Shown one piece after another: positions 48,434 to 57,919 of a DNA stretch of 64,000 bases. Within the stretch, counting starts at the first letter, position 1. Every line of letters begins with the position of its first letter. The position numbers and the translations under genes were made by a program. The stretch comes from an uncultured Pseudohongiella sp. (lineage in GTDB: Bacteria; Pseudomonadota; Gammaproteobacteria; Pseudomonadales; Pseudohongiellaceae): NCBI GenBank assembly GCA_902531515.1, contig CACAEJ010000005.1, positions 7,017 through 71,016 of the forward strand, given 5' to 3'. The notes under the pieces are model-generated. The model was not told the DNA's origin and did no database searches. It saw nothing but the letters and a program-made list of their open reading frames with translations.

Positions 48434-49426
48434 ATGAGAAACACAAAGAATATATTAGTCCTAATCCCATGCCTACTCGGCTTCCTCTGCGATGCTGTTG
48501 GCGCAAAACCATCAACTGTAAGCATTGCCCGCCTTGGCGATGGGCCTATCATAACTCCTCAGATGGACTCACGAATGGGCGGCAATATTCAGGGGCCCTC
48601 ATTAATTAAAGTTCCAGATTGGGTAGAGAACCCTCTCGGAAAGTACTACCTTTATTTCGCGGATCACCGCGGAACTTATATTCGTATGGCATATGCGAAT
48701 GAGGTTGCGGGACCTTGGACCGTTCATTCACCGGGGTCATTAAAACTTGAGGAATCGTTCTTTCCCACTACTTGCCCGCCTTGCTCGCTTGAGCCGGGTC
48801 GAAACGCTCCACTGTATGCACACATTGCTTCTCCTGACGTCCACGTTCGAGAAGATCTACAGCAAATTGTGATGTACTACCATGGTCGCGGTGAGGGACG
48901 ACAGTTTACACGCGCGGCTGTATCCAAAGACGGCATTCAATTCGAGGGCAGAGAAGAGGATCTTGGTCGCGCCTACTTCCGTGTGATTGAACACGAAGAC
49001 TTCCATTATGCTATGAGCATGCCAGGCTATCTTTTTCGTTCTCGTGACGGTTTGACGAATTTTGAAGCGGGTCCCCAGTTTTTCACTCGAAACATGCGTC
49101 ACTCAGCACTTTTAATTAAAGATGGGTACCTCTATGTGTTCTTCACTAATCGAGGTGATGAACCAGAACGCATAATGCTTTCTACGATCGAGTTGAAGGG
49201 CGATTGGAATCAATGGGCTGCCAGCGAACCGATTGAAGTCATGCGCCCAGAGTTGGACTATGAAGGTGCCGACCTTCCTATAGAAGTCTCAAGAGGGGGA
49301 TATATCGACGAACGGGTTCATCAACTCAGAGATCCCGCAATTTATCAGGAAAACGAAAAAACCTATCTTTTGTATTCAGTGGCAGGTGAAAGTGGTATCG
49401 CTGTAGCTGAAATAAATTTCCAATAA
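48434..49426 (+). CDS. secreted beta-propeller glycoside-hydrolase-like protein
   Basis: Signal peptide plus GPSLIKVP, YYLYFADHRG, IVMYYHG, YLYVFFTNRG and TYLLYSVAGE, resembling blade motifs of the GH43/32/68-type superfamily. The family is not resolved. Confidence 0.55.
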   Translation: MRNTKNILVLIPCLLGFLCDAVGAKPSTVSIARLGDGPIITPQMDSRMGGNIQGPSLIKVPDWVENPLGKYYLYFADHRGTYIRMAYANEVAGPWTVHSPGSLKLEESFFPTTCPPCSLEPGRNAPLYAHIASPDVHVREDLQQIVMYYHGRGEGRQFTRAAVSKDGIQFEGREEDLGRAYFRVIEHEDFHYAMSMPGYLFRSRDGLTNFEAGPQFFTRNMRHSALLIKDGYLYVFFTNRGDEPERIMLSTIELKGDWNQWAASEPIEVMRPELDYEGADLPIEVSRGGYIDERVHQLRDPAIYQENEKTYLLYSVAGESGIAVAEINFQ

Positions 49427-49479
49427 CCTTAATAAATTTTTATGCTCACCCTTAACTTAAGAATAAAGAGTCAAAAAAA

Positions 49480-50775
49480 ATGAATCTCATGAATAGTCGC
49501 ACCTATTGGTTAAGTCTGACAGCTCTATTAGCTGTGTTTAGCTACTCTACCAATTCCGTCACTGTGCTGGCACAAACTACACTTTCCCCCACGGACTACT
49601 GCACGGATTTCTCATCAGATTCTATTATAACGTTCGCCGATCCCGATCTGGCCGAGGTAGTGAATAAGGCACTGGGTTTAGATATTGGCGTTGCAATAAG
49701 CTGTGGTCAGGTTGCAGAGCTAAAAGAGCTAATCGTTGGGACCAATATCCAGCGTGTTGTCTACGGCGGAACTCTCAGGCCATCGCCTTCAAAGCCTTTT
49801 GAAAGTTTGGATGGCATACAGAACCTCACTGGCCTTACCAGGCTTAGTATCATCAACCGCCTCATCACCGATATAGGCCCACTCAGCAATCTGAAGAATC
49901 TCGTTAGTCTGAATCTACACACGAACTGGTTCAGCGATCTCGGTCCTATAGAAGGCCTCATCAATCTTGAACAGCTCATCGTCAGCGAAAATCCAATTTC
50001 AGATATCAGTCCACTGGCGGGACTTACGGAACTACGCCAACTGCATGTGCACGGACTTTACCCATACCAACTCCAGCATTACCTCAGTATGAATGATGGT
50101 CGCGACCCTAATTTAGAATTTAACGGCATTACCGATATAGGCCCGCTGAAAGAACTTACGGAGATGCGCCTATTGAGAATTCATCTCAATGCGATATCCG
50201 ATATAAGTCCACTCGCAAATCTGCACAAACTTACCCATTTGCGAATTTACGACAGCCAGATTAAAGACATTAGTCCGCTGGGAGACCTTGATAATCTGGT
50301 CCTGTTATGGGCACACAACAATCAGATTGAGGATATAAGCCCTCTAGGCAGATTGACTGATATGCAGCAGCTAAGCCTTAATGACAACGCGATAACGAAT
50401 ATTGAGGCCCTTGACGAGATGATTGATCTGGAGCACTTGTTTCTTAGTAATAACAGAATCGAGAATATCGATGCGCTCAGACGGTTGCATGCGTTAAAAG
50501 TGCTGAGGCTAGAAAACAACCGCATTACAGACGTGAGCTCTTTGGCCGGATTAGGCCAACTAGAAGAACTAAGCCTGGCTCGTAACTGGTCTCTCTTCAA
50601 CGTGCAACCGCTACTGATCAACTCGGGCTTGGGGGAAGGCGATGAATTGGATCTGCGCTTCACTTATGTGCGCTGCTCTGACATGGATGCTTTTGGTTCT
50701 CGAGGCATTGATTTACTTAGAGTTACTGCGATAAACGGTTCTGCTTGCACTGGACGCAGACTTGAAGACCCCTAA
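49480..50775 (+). CDS. secreted leucine-rich repeat protein, paralogue of 47216..48280
   Basis: Same N-cap (C..F.SDSII.FADP.L...V.KAL), the same odd long repeat insertion and the same C-cap (G.G.GD...LR.T.V.C.D) as the first LRR protein, but with more repeats. Confidence 0.85.
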   Translation: MNLMNSRTYWLSLTALLAVFSYSTNSVTVLAQTTLSPTDYCTDFSSDSIITFADPDLAEVVNKALGLDIGVAISCGQVAELKELIVGTNIQRVVYGGTLRPSPSKPFESLDGIQNLTGLTRLSIINRLITDIGPLSNLKNLVSLNLHTNWFSDLGPIEGLINLEQLIVSENPISDISPLAGLTELRQLHVHGLYPYQLQHYLSMNDGRDPNLEFNGITDIGPLKELTEMRLLRIHLNAISDISPLANLHKLTHLRIYDSQIKDISPLGDLDNLVLLWAHNNQIEDISPLGRLTDMQQLSLNDNAITNIEALDEMIDLEHLFLSNNRIENIDALRRLHALKVLRLENNRITDVSSLAGLGQLEELSLARNWSLFNVQPLLINSGLGEGDELDLRFTYVRCSDMDAFGSRGIDLLRVTAINGSACTGRRLEDP

Positions 50776-50793
50776 ACTAAACATGGTTATCTT

Positions 50794-52233
50794 ATGAATA
50801 CAAATTGCAACACTAAAGTCTTACTACTTTTACTTCTTTCACTAAATACCACTTGGATGCAAGCGCAAACAAATATTCAAGTGTCCGCCGAATCAGCTAG
50901 TCCTATGACTATGTCCGGCGACTTCGTCTTTGCGAGTGTCGGTGACCTAATGATCAGGCGACCCGCCTCCCAGTTAGCCGACCCAGAGGTTCAGGAAGTA
51001 TTCGATTTAATCCGAAGCGCCGATTTAGCTATGGGAAACATGGAGGGAGAGCTTGCTAATTTGAGAGAGTTTGACGGCCCCATGAATGGGTTCGTAGGCA
51101 CTCATGAGGTAGCTGAGGATTTAAAAGTGATGGGCTTTGATATGGTTAACCGTGCACAGAACCATTTATTGGATTCTGAAATAGCCGGCATGTTCTCGAC
51201 AAACTCTTTATTAGACGCCGCTGGAATAATACATGCGGGTTCGGGTAAGAATTTACAGGAAGCCGCCGCGCCCGCTTTTTTTGAGACCCCAAAAGGTCGA
51301 GCGGTTCTTATTGGCACACATGCCCCTATTTGGCCGGAGCATAACCGACTCGCAGCAACACCACTGATTGGTAATCTTGGAGGTAGGCCAGGACTCAATA
51401 TGTTGAACTATAGTGAAACTATCCTGATAACAAGAGAACAGTTTGATGCCTTAGAGAGAGTGCGGGAGGAATTTTTTCAGTATCAAGAAAAATACGACAA
51501 TCCGCGGACTTTTATAGATGCATCTCCCAATGTCGGCATCACCTTCCCCGCATCTAGTTCTGGGAGGAACAATCCTGTCTATCGTCTAATAGAAGAAGGA
51601 GAGATACCTGGCACTATTATTTATGAAGTAAATGATAATGATCTAGATCGCATCCTGCGTAACATTAGAAACGCTCGACAGTTAGGTGACTTTGTAGTTG
51701 CTGCTGCGCATATACACCAAAGTCGATCTATTGTAGAGACGCAGCACCTAAGCACAAGACCACCGGCTTTTTATAGAGATTTAGCCCATCGCGCTATTGA
51801 TGCAGGAGCCGACGCATTTGTTGGAACTGGTGTACAGACTCTTAGGGGCATCGAAATCTATAATGGAAAGCCGATCTTTTATGGGCTTGGCGAATTTTTT
51901 AGAGAAGCTCACTGGGAACTCGAGCTGACCATGGGCAATGCAGACGCAAATCCTAGTAGAAGAATGCAACAATTTGCCAGAAATTTCGGTGGCACTTCTC
52001 AATCCTTAGAAAGTCTCGTCGCCATTAGTCACTATGAAGATGGTCTGCTTGCCGAAGTACGACTGTACCCAACTGAGTTAGGGATTGATGGTCCCGATTC
52101 ACGCTTAGGCATCCCCCGAATAGCAGAGCCGCAAACCGCAAAGCGCATATTGGAGCGTGTAGAGAAACTCTCAGATGAATGGGATACGGATATCGACATT
52201 GAGGGGAGTGTAGGAATTATTCGAGTTAATTGA
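50794..52233 (+). CDS. CapA/PgsA-family metallophosphatase-like protein, secreted
   Basis: Signal peptide plus FASVGDLMI, GNMEG, NRAQNH and AAAHIHQ motifs, as in poly-gamma-glutamate CapA-type proteins. Confidence 0.7.
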   Translation: MNTNCNTKVLLLLLLSLNTTWMQAQTNIQVSAESASPMTMSGDFVFASVGDLMIRRPASQLADPEVQEVFDLIRSADLAMGNMEGELANLREFDGPMNGFVGTHEVAEDLKVMGFDMVNRAQNHLLDSEIAGMFSTNSLLDAAGIIHAGSGKNLQEAAAPAFFETPKGRAVLIGTHAPIWPEHNRLAATPLIGNLGGRPGLNMLNYSETILITREQFDALERVREEFFQYQEKYDNPRTFIDASPNVGITFPASSSGRNNPVYRLIEEGEIPGTIIYEVNDNDLDRILRNIRNARQLGDFVVAAAHIHQSRSIVETQHLSTRPPAFYRDLAHRAIDAGADAFVGTGVQTLRGIEIYNGKPIFYGLGEFFREAHWELELTMGNADANPSRRMQQFARNFGGTSQSLESLVAISHYEDGLLAEVRLYPTELGIDGPDSRLGIPRIAEPQTAKRILERVEKLSDEWDTDIDIEGSVGIIRVN

Positions 52234-52243
52234 CTTCTGCGGC

Positions 52244-53518
52244 TTACTCTGGCGTCCTCTCTAGATCTGCATTCAAGGTCCTTGACGCTAGATAAAAGTG
52301 AATACTAGACCATACACACGCCGTTGGTAACACGGCCAACATGGCATAGCGCAAAGATTCTATACCCAATGATGGGTCGAACATATCACTCAAAAGTCCA
52401 ACCGCAAAAGGACCCAGACCCAATCCAATTATATTAAGAATCAGAAACAGAATTGCTGATGACGTCGAACGCCATCGCAAGCCCACTAAATTGTGTGTGG
52501 TCGCGATGGAATTCCCGAGGTATATATTCTGTAAAAATCCTGGCACAAACATGCAAACTAGTGCCAAATAAGTATTACTAGTTAGGAAAACTACCAGCAT
52601 ACCAGGCACCACTAAGAGTGTTGAAAGGCCCGGCACCCATAGATACCAGCGCTTGTCCCTCGCACCGAGCTTGTCTCCTAGAAAGCCGCCAACAAAGATT
52701 CCTATGGCACCAACCAATCCCGTAGACAGAGCCAACCAGGTACCAAGCTCTCCCGTGGTCATCCCGTGGCTGCGAATAAAGAAGGATGCAGCCCAGTTCA
52801 CTGTGCCGTATCCTGCAAACGCGTTCAGGCCGCATGCAAGCCCCATGTGTCTGAAAGTTTTGCGCTGCCACAAGCCAGATAGCACATCCCTAAATGGCAC
52901 CTGGGTGTCGGATGCTTTCTTATTCTCAAGTAACCCGCGAATGGGCTCAGGAACAGTTGCGAATACAATACCGGCTAAGATTATTCCGGGCACACCAATT
53001 ACGAGGAATGCTACACGCCAACCGAAAAATTCATTCAGCCATCCACCAAATAAAAACCCAAACATGATCCCCAAGTTCACGCCTGTGGAATAAAACGAGA
53101 GGGCACTGGCTCTTTGTTCTTTAGGGAAAATGTCCGAAACGATGGAGTGTGATGGTGGGCTACCTCCAGCCTCGCCGATACCAACGCCGATTCTTGCTAA
53201 CAGAAGTTGAGCATAACTTTGAACGAATCCGCTGACGGCAGTCATGAAGCTCCACAAACCAACCGAGGCAGCAACAATATTTTTCCGATTACTACGATCA
53301 GCCAATCGAGCTATAGGAACACCTGCGGTGACATAAAACATCGCGAAAGCAAAACCAGTCAAAAGACCTAGCTGCGCATCAGTCAATAATAGCTCTGATT
53401 TAATGGCCTCCTGCAGTATTGATAGTAACTGACGATCAATAAAATTGAAGGTATAAACTAAGGTAAGAATCCCCAGAGCATAATTTCTAACTTGGGGCTC
53501 TTTATACGGATTATTCAT
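52244..53518 (-). CDS. MFS transporter
   Basis: 424 aa with about 12 hydrophobic segments and the loop motif PIARLADRSNRKN. Confidence 0.88.
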   Translation of the reverse strand: MNNPYKEPQVRNYALGILTLVYTFNFIDRQLLSILQEAIKSELLLTDAQLGLLTGFAFAMFYVTAGVPIARLADRSNRKNIVAASVGLWSFMTAVSGFVQSYAQLLLARIGVGIGEAGGSPPSHSIVSDIFPKEQRASALSFYSTGVNLGIMFGFLFGGWLNEFFGWRVAFLVIGVPGIILAGIVFATVPEPIRGLLENKKASDTQVPFRDVLSGLWQRKTFRHMGLACGLNAFAGYGTVNWAASFFIRSHGMTTGELGTWLALSTGLVGAIGIFVGGFLGDKLGARDKRWYLWVPGLSTLLVVPGMLVVFLTSNTYLALVCMFVPGFLQNIYLGNSIATTHNLVGLRWRSTSSAILFLILNIIGLGLGPFAVGLLSDMFDPSLGIESLRYAMLAVLPTACVWSSIHFYLASRTLNADLERTPE

Positions 53519-53764
53519 AAAAGAAACATACTATAGATTTTTTCTAACACGAAGCTATTCCTGTGTATTCTCAGCTTCCTCAAGGCATCCTAGCTAAGCC
53601 GACATTTAACTTACTTAAATTTTTATCGATACTTCGTTGATGACGGAAAAGCCAACTACACTAAGTAACCCCTAAAATGGTCATTGTACTCAACACGAGT
53701 TACCACAAAGCACTACTTAAGGCTATACTCATCGTTTACATAGAGCTAGGTTTAAAAAAATAAA

Positions 53765-54796
53765 ATGCGCAAGTTACTGTTTACCCTCATATCAACATTA
53801 TCCGTTTTGTCAAACGCTCAAGACCGCTTACCAATAATTTTTGACACTGATTTTGCCATGCCACCTCAGGATGACAGCCTAGCACTAATGCTTGCATTGC
53901 AGTCTCCGGAGCTAGAAATTTTCGGTATTACTACTGTTGCCGGCAATGATAGTGTCGAGCGTGCTACATCTGATGTTCTCCGTATGCTAGAGATTGCCAA
54001 TCAGGTCGATATCCCTGTCTATGTCGGTGCTGACATGCCGCTAGTGCATGAAGTAAGTGATTTTGCCATAAACAACTACGGTAAATGGTATTCGAATGAG
54101 AGCCCGCCCATACCGCCGGGCGGCTTTGCGATGAAACAAGAAGAAGATGATTCGGCAGTATCCTTTATTGTCCAGGCTGTAATGGAGAACCCAGGGGAAG
54201 TTACAATTGTGGCACTTGGCCCCTTAACCAACATCGCACAGGCTATAAGAGCTAAACCAGAGTTCGCAACTAACGTTAAGCAGCTAGTAATTATGGGCGG
54301 AGCTATAGCATCACTCCCGGATGGTGCCGGCAATATCACGCCCAATGCCGAGTTCAACTTCTGGGTAGATCCTGAAGCTGCCCGGGTAACTCTTCGGTCA
54401 GGCATTCCGATCGAGCTTTCACCTCTAAATGTGTCTCGCAAGTCCGCTCTGACAAAAGATTGGTACGAGAAAATGGTGGCCGAAGATAATGCATTGACCG
54501 CCCTTCTTGTGGAGACCTTGGGAGAACGCTTTGAACAGTCACCAGAGCAAACATGGTATATGTACGATCAGATTGCGGTCGCCGGCCTGATAGATCCCAC
54601 CTTAGTGACAACCAAGTCACTTTACGTCGATGTAAATATCGATCATGGCATCAGTTATGGAGTATCAGTCGGGGGGAAGAATGTCTGGCCTGGTGCTGAA
54701 GGGGCAGCACAGATGAACGTGCAGTACGACCTAGACTGGACAAGATTTATAGAGATGTTTATCGAGCGCATACAAAGGCCATTACCCGCGCGCTGA
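53765..54796 (+). CDS. secreted inosine/uridine-preferring nucleoside hydrolase family protein
   Basis: Signal peptide plus IIFDTDFAMPPQDD (Asp cluster), GPLTNIA and NFWVDPEAA. Confidence 0.78.
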   Translation: MRKLLFTLISTLSVLSNAQDRLPIIFDTDFAMPPQDDSLALMLALQSPELEIFGITTVAGNDSVERATSDVLRMLEIANQVDIPVYVGADMPLVHEVSDFAINNYGKWYSNESPPIPPGGFAMKQEEDDSAVSFIVQAVMENPGEVTIVALGPLTNIAQAIRAKPEFATNVKQLVIMGGAIASLPDGAGNITPNAEFNFWVDPEAARVTLRSGIPIELSPLNVSRKSALTKDWYEKMVAEDNALTALLVETLGERFEQSPEQTWYMYDQIAVAGLIDPTLVTTKSLYVDVNIDHGISYGVSVGGKNVWPGAEGAAQMNVQYDLDWTRFIEMFIERIQRPLPAR

Positions 54797-54852
54797 TAGC
54801 CATTGTAATTTCGATACCCCATAGCATCAGTCAGAGAAATTATGGCGCCTCC

Positions 54853-56499
54853 TTACGCATCAGGAAATTTATATCCCTTATAGGTCTCTCGTAGCCCAAG
54901 CTTATTGATCTTTCCAGTTGCCGTATGAGGTAACTCATCCGTAAAGACAACATCATCCGGGAGCGCCATCTTATGCAGCTTATCTGTCAAAAACTCAAGG
55001 ACAGCACTTTTCTGCAGAGATTTCCCGGGCTGAGCAACTGCGATCAACAAAGGCCTCTCTGTCCATTTGGGATGATAACGGCCAATCACAGCTGCCTCGG
55101 CGATGTCTGGATGATTGACGGCAGCATTCTCTATCTCGATTGAGCTAATCCACTCCCCACCTGACTTTATGACGTCCTTGGTACGATCAGTTATCTGCAG
55201 AAAACCATCTGGGGTGATCGCCGCAACGTCTCCCGTGTTAAACCAACCATCCTTATCGACTGGGCACTCTTCATGCCCAGGCACGTCTGATAATCCGTAG
55301 TACCCCTTTGCGACCCAGGGCCCTTTCACTTTTAACGCACCGGATGCAGAACCGTCCCACGGTAGCTCTGAATTATTTTCATCGACGATGCGCATTTCTA
55401 TCCCGAACACCCCACGGCCTTGAAGTAACTGCAAGTCTGTAACTTCTTCTTCAGAAAATCCCTCCATACCCCTCTTCATTGCATAGACAGTTCCTAACGG
55501 ACTTGTTTCTGTCATACCCCAGCCCTGCACAACCTCGCAATCGTGTTGCTCTCTAAATCGTTCGATTATAACCCTTGGACATGCTGCGCCGCCTACATGG
55601 ACGCGGCTTAGGCTAGGAACAGTCTTTTGGTTGCCTTCAAGATAATCCAGCAATGCCATCCAGATAGTAGGTACACCAGAAGAAACTGTGACTTGTTCGG
55701 AAGTCATCAGGTCATGCAGCGTCTCACCATCCGCCATCTTGGGCCCCGGCAAGACTAACTTTGTCCCTACCATAAGAGCAGCGTAAGGAGCACCCCAGGC
55801 ATTAACGTGAAACATTGGTACAACTGGCAAACTGGTCTGCATATTGGAGGCGCCAGTCACGTCCGGCAATGCTCCGGCTAGCGCATGCAAAACTGTTGAG
55901 CGATGACTATATACAACGCCCTTTGGATTTCCTGTTGTTCCTGAGGTGTAGCACATCCCGCATGCAGTGTTCTCATCAAACTGTGGCCACTCGTATGTAT
56001 CGGGATGAGCGTCTAGCAACTCTTCGTAACACTGGAGATTAGTCAAGCTAGATTCAGGCATGTGCGACTTATCGGTGAGAACTACAATGGTTTCTACTTG
56101 CTTTAGGTGATCCTTTAGTGCCTCCAACAGAGGTACCACAAGTACGTCAACAAAAAGAATCTTATCTTCCGCATGATTTATAATGTAGGCCACTTGCTCT
56201 GGAAAAAGTTTAGGGTTGATAGTGTGGCACACCATACCGCTGCCCGAAACCGCATAGTAGAGCTCCATGTGCCGAAAATCATTCCAGGCCAGGGTACCAA
56301 TCCTATCGCCGAATCCAGCACCCAGTGACTCCAACACGTTCGCCAGTTGTCTGCAGCGCGACGCGAACGCGCGATTATTTTGTCGGTGTCGGGACTGATC
56401 AACCGTTACTGAAACCATTTCAACTTCGGGGAAATTCCTTTCCGCATGCTTCAGTATGGAGGAAATCATTAACGGGGTGTTCATCATTAACGCGTGCAT
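54853..56499 (-). CDS. fatty-acid/acyl-CoA ligase (AMP-binding family)
   Basis: [22 protein letters not shown] and KSGGEWIS motifs. Confidence 0.9.
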   Translation of the reverse strand: MHALMMNTPLMISSILKHAERNFPEVEMVSVTVDQSRHRQNNRAFASRCRQLANVLESLGAGFGDRIGTLAWNDFRHMELYYAVSGSGMVCHTINPKLFPEQVAYIINHAEDKILFVDVLVVPLLEALKDHLKQVETIVVLTDKSHMPESSLTNLQCYEELLDAHPDTYEWPQFDENTACGMCYTSGTTGNPKGVVYSHRSTVLHALAGALPDVTGASNMQTSLPVVPMFHVNAWGAPYAALMVGTKLVLPGPKMADGETLHDLMTSEQVTVSSGVPTIWMALLDYLEGNQKTVPSLSRVHVGGAACPRVIIERFREQHDCEVVQGWGMTETSPLGTVYAMKRGMEGFSEEEVTDLQLLQGRGVFGIEMRIVDENNSELPWDGSASGALKVKGPWVAKGYYGLSDVPGHEECPVDKDGWFNTGDVAAITPDGFLQITDRTKDVIKSGGEWISSIEIENAAVNHPDIAEAAVIGRYHPKWTERPLLIAVAQPGKSLQKSAVLEFLTDKLHKMALPDDVVFTDELPHTATGKINKLGLRETYKGYKFPDA

Positions 56500-56566
56500 A
56501 GTGGATCTCTCTGCAAGGCTTGGTAAGTTTGACTTTTATTTTTCTAGTAGTAACTGAGACTACTGT

Positions 56567-57889
56567 TTATTTATCGTTCAACTGGTAGATGTTTTTCGAC
56601 GAGACTAACACAAATTCGTTTGTTAATGAGTTAGCTAATTGAAAATCAAATTCATAGATAAGAGTATTCACTTGCACAATATCAGAATAAACTCCGGTGC
56701 TAATTTCATAATTACCACTGCAATCTGGAAATTCAAATTTTCTGTTCAATACTTTTGCTAAGTTAAACTCACGATAACTTAACAGCTTAATCTCACCTGC
56801 TGAGGCATCAGATACCACGAATGCGACATCAAATTGACTAGTACCCCGGAGGGAATTGATTTCTCCTCGATTGGTTAATTGAAGGCATGAATAAAGTAAA
56901 CCATCTAGCGCATCATAGACTCCAATATTATTCACTCTAAGATTCAACTTGTCAGGTGGAATAACTCCGTTGAAGTCTTTCGGCCATCCCTCCTTACTTT
57001 TCTTATACAACCAGTCGATAAGTTGCAACCGGCTCGATTCGGGTACTGGCCTCCCGAGACCATGGCCACCTTTTTGGATTGCCCATAGCTCTACAGAACT
57101 CGCAGCCCTGCATCCTTTAGAATAGACCGTCACCTCGGTTTCAGAACCCACTAAAGATGAATCTAAATCTTTACCCTCCGCTATTAATCCAGGTAATAGA
57201 CAATCATTGTACTCCGCCCATTGGCGAACTGTAGCCTCAGAACCGGGGTATGGTGAACCCTGGAACGATCCCCCTGCATAGAGTATTGAGGTATCGTTGG
57301 TACCTTGTATCTGCAATATATGGACGCCCGACTCTGGATCATTTCTTGAGTTAAAATGAGATGCACCAGCACTACTTACAGCAGCAGCAACTAGATCCGG
57401 AAAACGGTAGGCCAATTCCAATGCCATAAAACCCCCGTTTGAGTCCCCGACCACATAAATACGGTTAGCGTTTATGTTGAAAGAATCTTTTAAGCTCTCA
57501 ATATATTGATACAAATAGGAGCCATCATCGACAGAGCTATTGTAAAAATTACAACAAGCTGAATTTGAGTTCCAAAAATAACTACCCGACTGATCAAGAG
57601 TGCCAGAGGGGATAGCGTAAACAAATTGATACTCATCGACTGAGCCAGCAAGCCGCCATATCGACTCAGCCTGATCAGTATTCATACCATAAGCGTGCAG
57701 AAGTATTACAAGCGGGTAAGAATTCGAATCCGAATAATCAGCGGGGAGATATACTCGCTCTTCTCCCCTAACAAATTCATCTACCTGGGACCAAACACTC
57801 ACAGAAAAAAACAACGTAATTACCAAGAAAATAATTCTGTTGAATGTCTGCAAGTTATTCGGAAAAACAAGAGGTTCAGCGTACTTCAC
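56567..57889 (-). CDS. secreted alpha/beta-hydrolase esterase (PHB-depolymerase-like) with an extra C-terminal domain
   Basis: Signal anchor, LVILLHAYGMN, nucleophile elbow GDSNGG, and a C-terminal region of about 150 aa of unknown type. Confidence 0.7.
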   Translation of the reverse strand: MKYAEPLVFPNNLQTFNRIIFLVITLFFSVSVWSQVDEFVRGEERVYLPADYSDSNSYPLVILLHAYGMNTDQAESIWRLAGSVDEYQFVYAIPSGTLDQSGSYFWNSNSACCNFYNSSVDDGSYLYQYIESLKDSFNINANRIYVVGDSNGGFMALELAYRFPDLVAAAVSSAGASHFNSRNDPESGVHILQIQGTNDTSILYAGGSFQGSPYPGSEATVRQWAEYNDCLLPGLIAEGKDLDSSLVGSETEVTVYSKGCRAASSVELWAIQKGGHGLGRPVPESSRLQLIDWLYKKSKEGWPKDFNGVIPPDKLNLRVNNIGVYDALDGLLYSCLQLTNRGEINSLRGTSQFDVAFVVSDASAGEIKLLSYREFNLAKVLNRKFEFPDCSGNYEISTGVYSDIVQVNTLIYEFDFQLANSLTNEFVLVSSKNIYQLNDK

Positions 57890-57919
57890 AGGACTTGATG
57901 TTTACGCTGACCCCAAAAA

